DNA of 64,000 nt, taken from assembly GCA_950097015.1 (NCBI GenBank), contig CATNEN010000001.1, positions 7,936,001 through 8,000,000 of the forward strand, given 5' to 3'. Below the pieces are notes generated by a model that had not been told where the DNA came from, ran no database searches, and saw nothing but the letters and a program-made list of their open reading frames with translations. The position numbers and the translations under genes were made by a program. Position 1 is the stretch's first letter; every line of letters starts with the position of its first letter. This DNA comes from Macrostomum hystrix (Eukaryota; Animalia; Platyhelminthes). This document shows, one piece after another, positions 61,851-64,000 of this stretch.

Positions 61851-62219
61851 AAATCTCTTCGACAAGCCGCGGGCCCCTGAGGATGCCGCAGCATTCGTGG
61901 CGCGTGTCGGTCGGAATCGCAACTCGGGTCGATTTTCTGCGCACAGTCGCTCGTCTATTCAAGCAGGTGGTCATCAGAAGGCCAAAACTGTTGACCCAAT
62001 CAAGATTGAGGGACCGGAACTACGCGGCTACCACGCCTCATCCGGTCAATATCAGCAACCGTTGGTATCTAAGGGCTTTCTTTATCCACAAGACGATCTC
62101 GTGGAGTCCAGACACGAAATAGGTTGCGACAGAATGTTCAACAACTCGGAGAACAAGGGCGATGCGAGCGATCAGGGCAATATAGGGATCTGCAGTACTC
62201 TCCCCTGCACTGGGGTCGC

Positions 62220-62269
<50 letters not shown>

Positions 62270-63200
62270 GAAATACCAATGAAGAAAGCCAGAACTGCAC
62301 AAGTGCAAGCTGCAGCGAGAGCAGCAGTCCTTCAGAGGGTGCGAATCTTACTCAATCTGTACCTCGATGCAGTCCCACGTCGTTAATTCAAACTAGTTAC
62401 CTAGAATTACAAAATAGATGGGCAAATATGGATCTATCACGATCATTTGCATCCCGATTCACCGAAATCCCAAAGCATTAAATTCCCAACTTACTAAAAT
62501 TAATATTGGCTAGAATCCCATTTTACCCGTTTTAATCGGCCCGGATCTAGGTGACTAAAACCCCGAATATTGTACCGAAATTTTGTCTAACCTGTCTGTT
62601 TTTTAAACTTATTAAAACGGGGATTTCGAGGACTTAAAGTTTCAGTTGCCAGATCCCTAAAAGTACACGTAGAGCTGTTAGACAACTGAATCGTACAACT
62701 TTTCCACAAAACATCGCAGATGCATCGTACATCCGCTGGTCTCGCATCGTCCAGAATAATTTAATGAGAAGTAGCAGCAACAGTGACAGCAACAGAGCCA
62801 ATGACAACAACAGGCACCTCAACAACAGTGCACTTGACTTCTCCCAGCCGTGGCTCGGCGCCCAGATCATCAGCACAATCTCTACCGAACAATGGAGCTC
62901 GGATTTCGACGAAGAATCCGGCTCGGAATCCGAAACCTTTTCCGAATTTGAAGACGAAATTGAAGACAAAGAAAGGCCAACATGTGAGACTGTCGAAATA
63001 ATAAATGAAATAGATCAGCAGCCATTGAAGCCGCTGTCACAACTCGATGTGAGTTTGTTGAAAAATTGTGAGGCTCAGACTTGCAGCGCTCAGCTGATCA
63101 GTTGGACTTGTCGTCAAAAAGCCGGTGTTGAACTGTTCGACACAATGGCTAGTGAGCCGGTGTTTTTATTTGACCATTCTGAAAAACATTGGCACCTCCT

Positions 63201-63247
<47 letters not shown>

Positions 63248-63297
63248 TGCTTTTCAGTACCCGTGAATCGGCTATTATTTTTAACAGTTTTAACTAA
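61851..63297 (+). CDS. Possible spliced Ser/Gln-rich low-complexity protein of unknown function
   Basis: Two open frames (~61851-62481 and 62647-63297), each starting just after a possible acceptor (ctcatag|, tttcag|), with (AGC)n and (CAG)n runs and an AATAAA near 63327. No domain, clear start codon or clear donor found. Confidence 0.35.
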
Positions 63298-64000
63298 ATG
63301 TCTACAAATACTTTATTTTGTGACAAATAAAAAAGAGGACGCAATCGTTACCTCTAAAAAGTTCATAAGTATTTTCTTTACATTGAGTTTGCAAATGGCA
63401 TTTTACTAAGCACATGCAGAGACGGTGTTTTAGTGCATAAGTCACCGACTCGAATTAATTTTGTTAAATACTATAACCTTATGTACATAAGTCAGTGCTT
63501 CTACAGACCATTGAGATAAGGTGCAAATGCTTTGTGTTTTAACCTTTAAAGGTATACCAGCTTTATAAAGGTATTTATGCGTGAATTATCTCCATAAAAC
63601 TTTACCTCCACTACTATGGAAACATGCAGGAACCCATATTGCAATGCAATAAATAAATACGAAACTGTGGAAAGAAAAATACGTAACTTTTAACAAGTCA
63701 CCTAAAAATGATTACGTAAATTCGTATGCTATGTAAAAATATACATTTACAATCGATTTTGTTTTTTATTTTGTATTTTATTTACGTTGGCACTGATCAA
63801 CTATATTGATACTATATTGATACATATTGATACTATATATCAATACAGTATACTAGAAAGTAAAAGACGTCAGATTTTACATTTTATTATTAAGTATGCT
63901 GCATGAGAAATAAAAGTTACATTTTGTTTCAAATCTAAATTATAAAGCATAAATTGAAACAGACATTTTTGATACTTTTTAAAAAACCCGGAAAATTAGT

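Overview
AT-rich eukaryotic (animal) genomic DNA with spliceosomal introns, polyQ-rich proteins and about one third of its length (~21 kb by hand count) in ~21 tandem arrays. A Lox4/Lox2-type Hox gene points to a spiralian; the repeat style suggests a flatworm such as Macrostomum (inference only). Minus-strand genes: a decayed P-element (THAP) transposase at the left edge, an intronless divergent 7TM receptor, a solitary two-exon Ubd-A-type Hox gene with a 7.1 kb intron, a UBAP2/UBAP2L (lingerer)-like gene with a candidate 9-nt microexon, an intronless DEG/ENaC channel, an intronless M1 aminopeptidase N, and a five-exon beta-propeller-like gene that the ORF track shows only in fragments. Plus strand: a two-exon divergent tetraspanin and a possible Ser/Gln-rich gene. 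Interspersed elements: a tRNA-derived SINE (four copies plus a fragment), an RTE-like LINE 3' end split by a MITE, a Sola2-like TIR element and an unclassified ~480-bp repeat. Most long ORFs in the track are minisatellite translations. Best leads: complementary intronic minisatellites flanking two exons, introns that are little more than splice signals plus one minisatellite, the microexon, and the isolated Hox gene with altered cofactor and minor-groove residues. All coordinates and translations were derived by hand and array edges are approximate.
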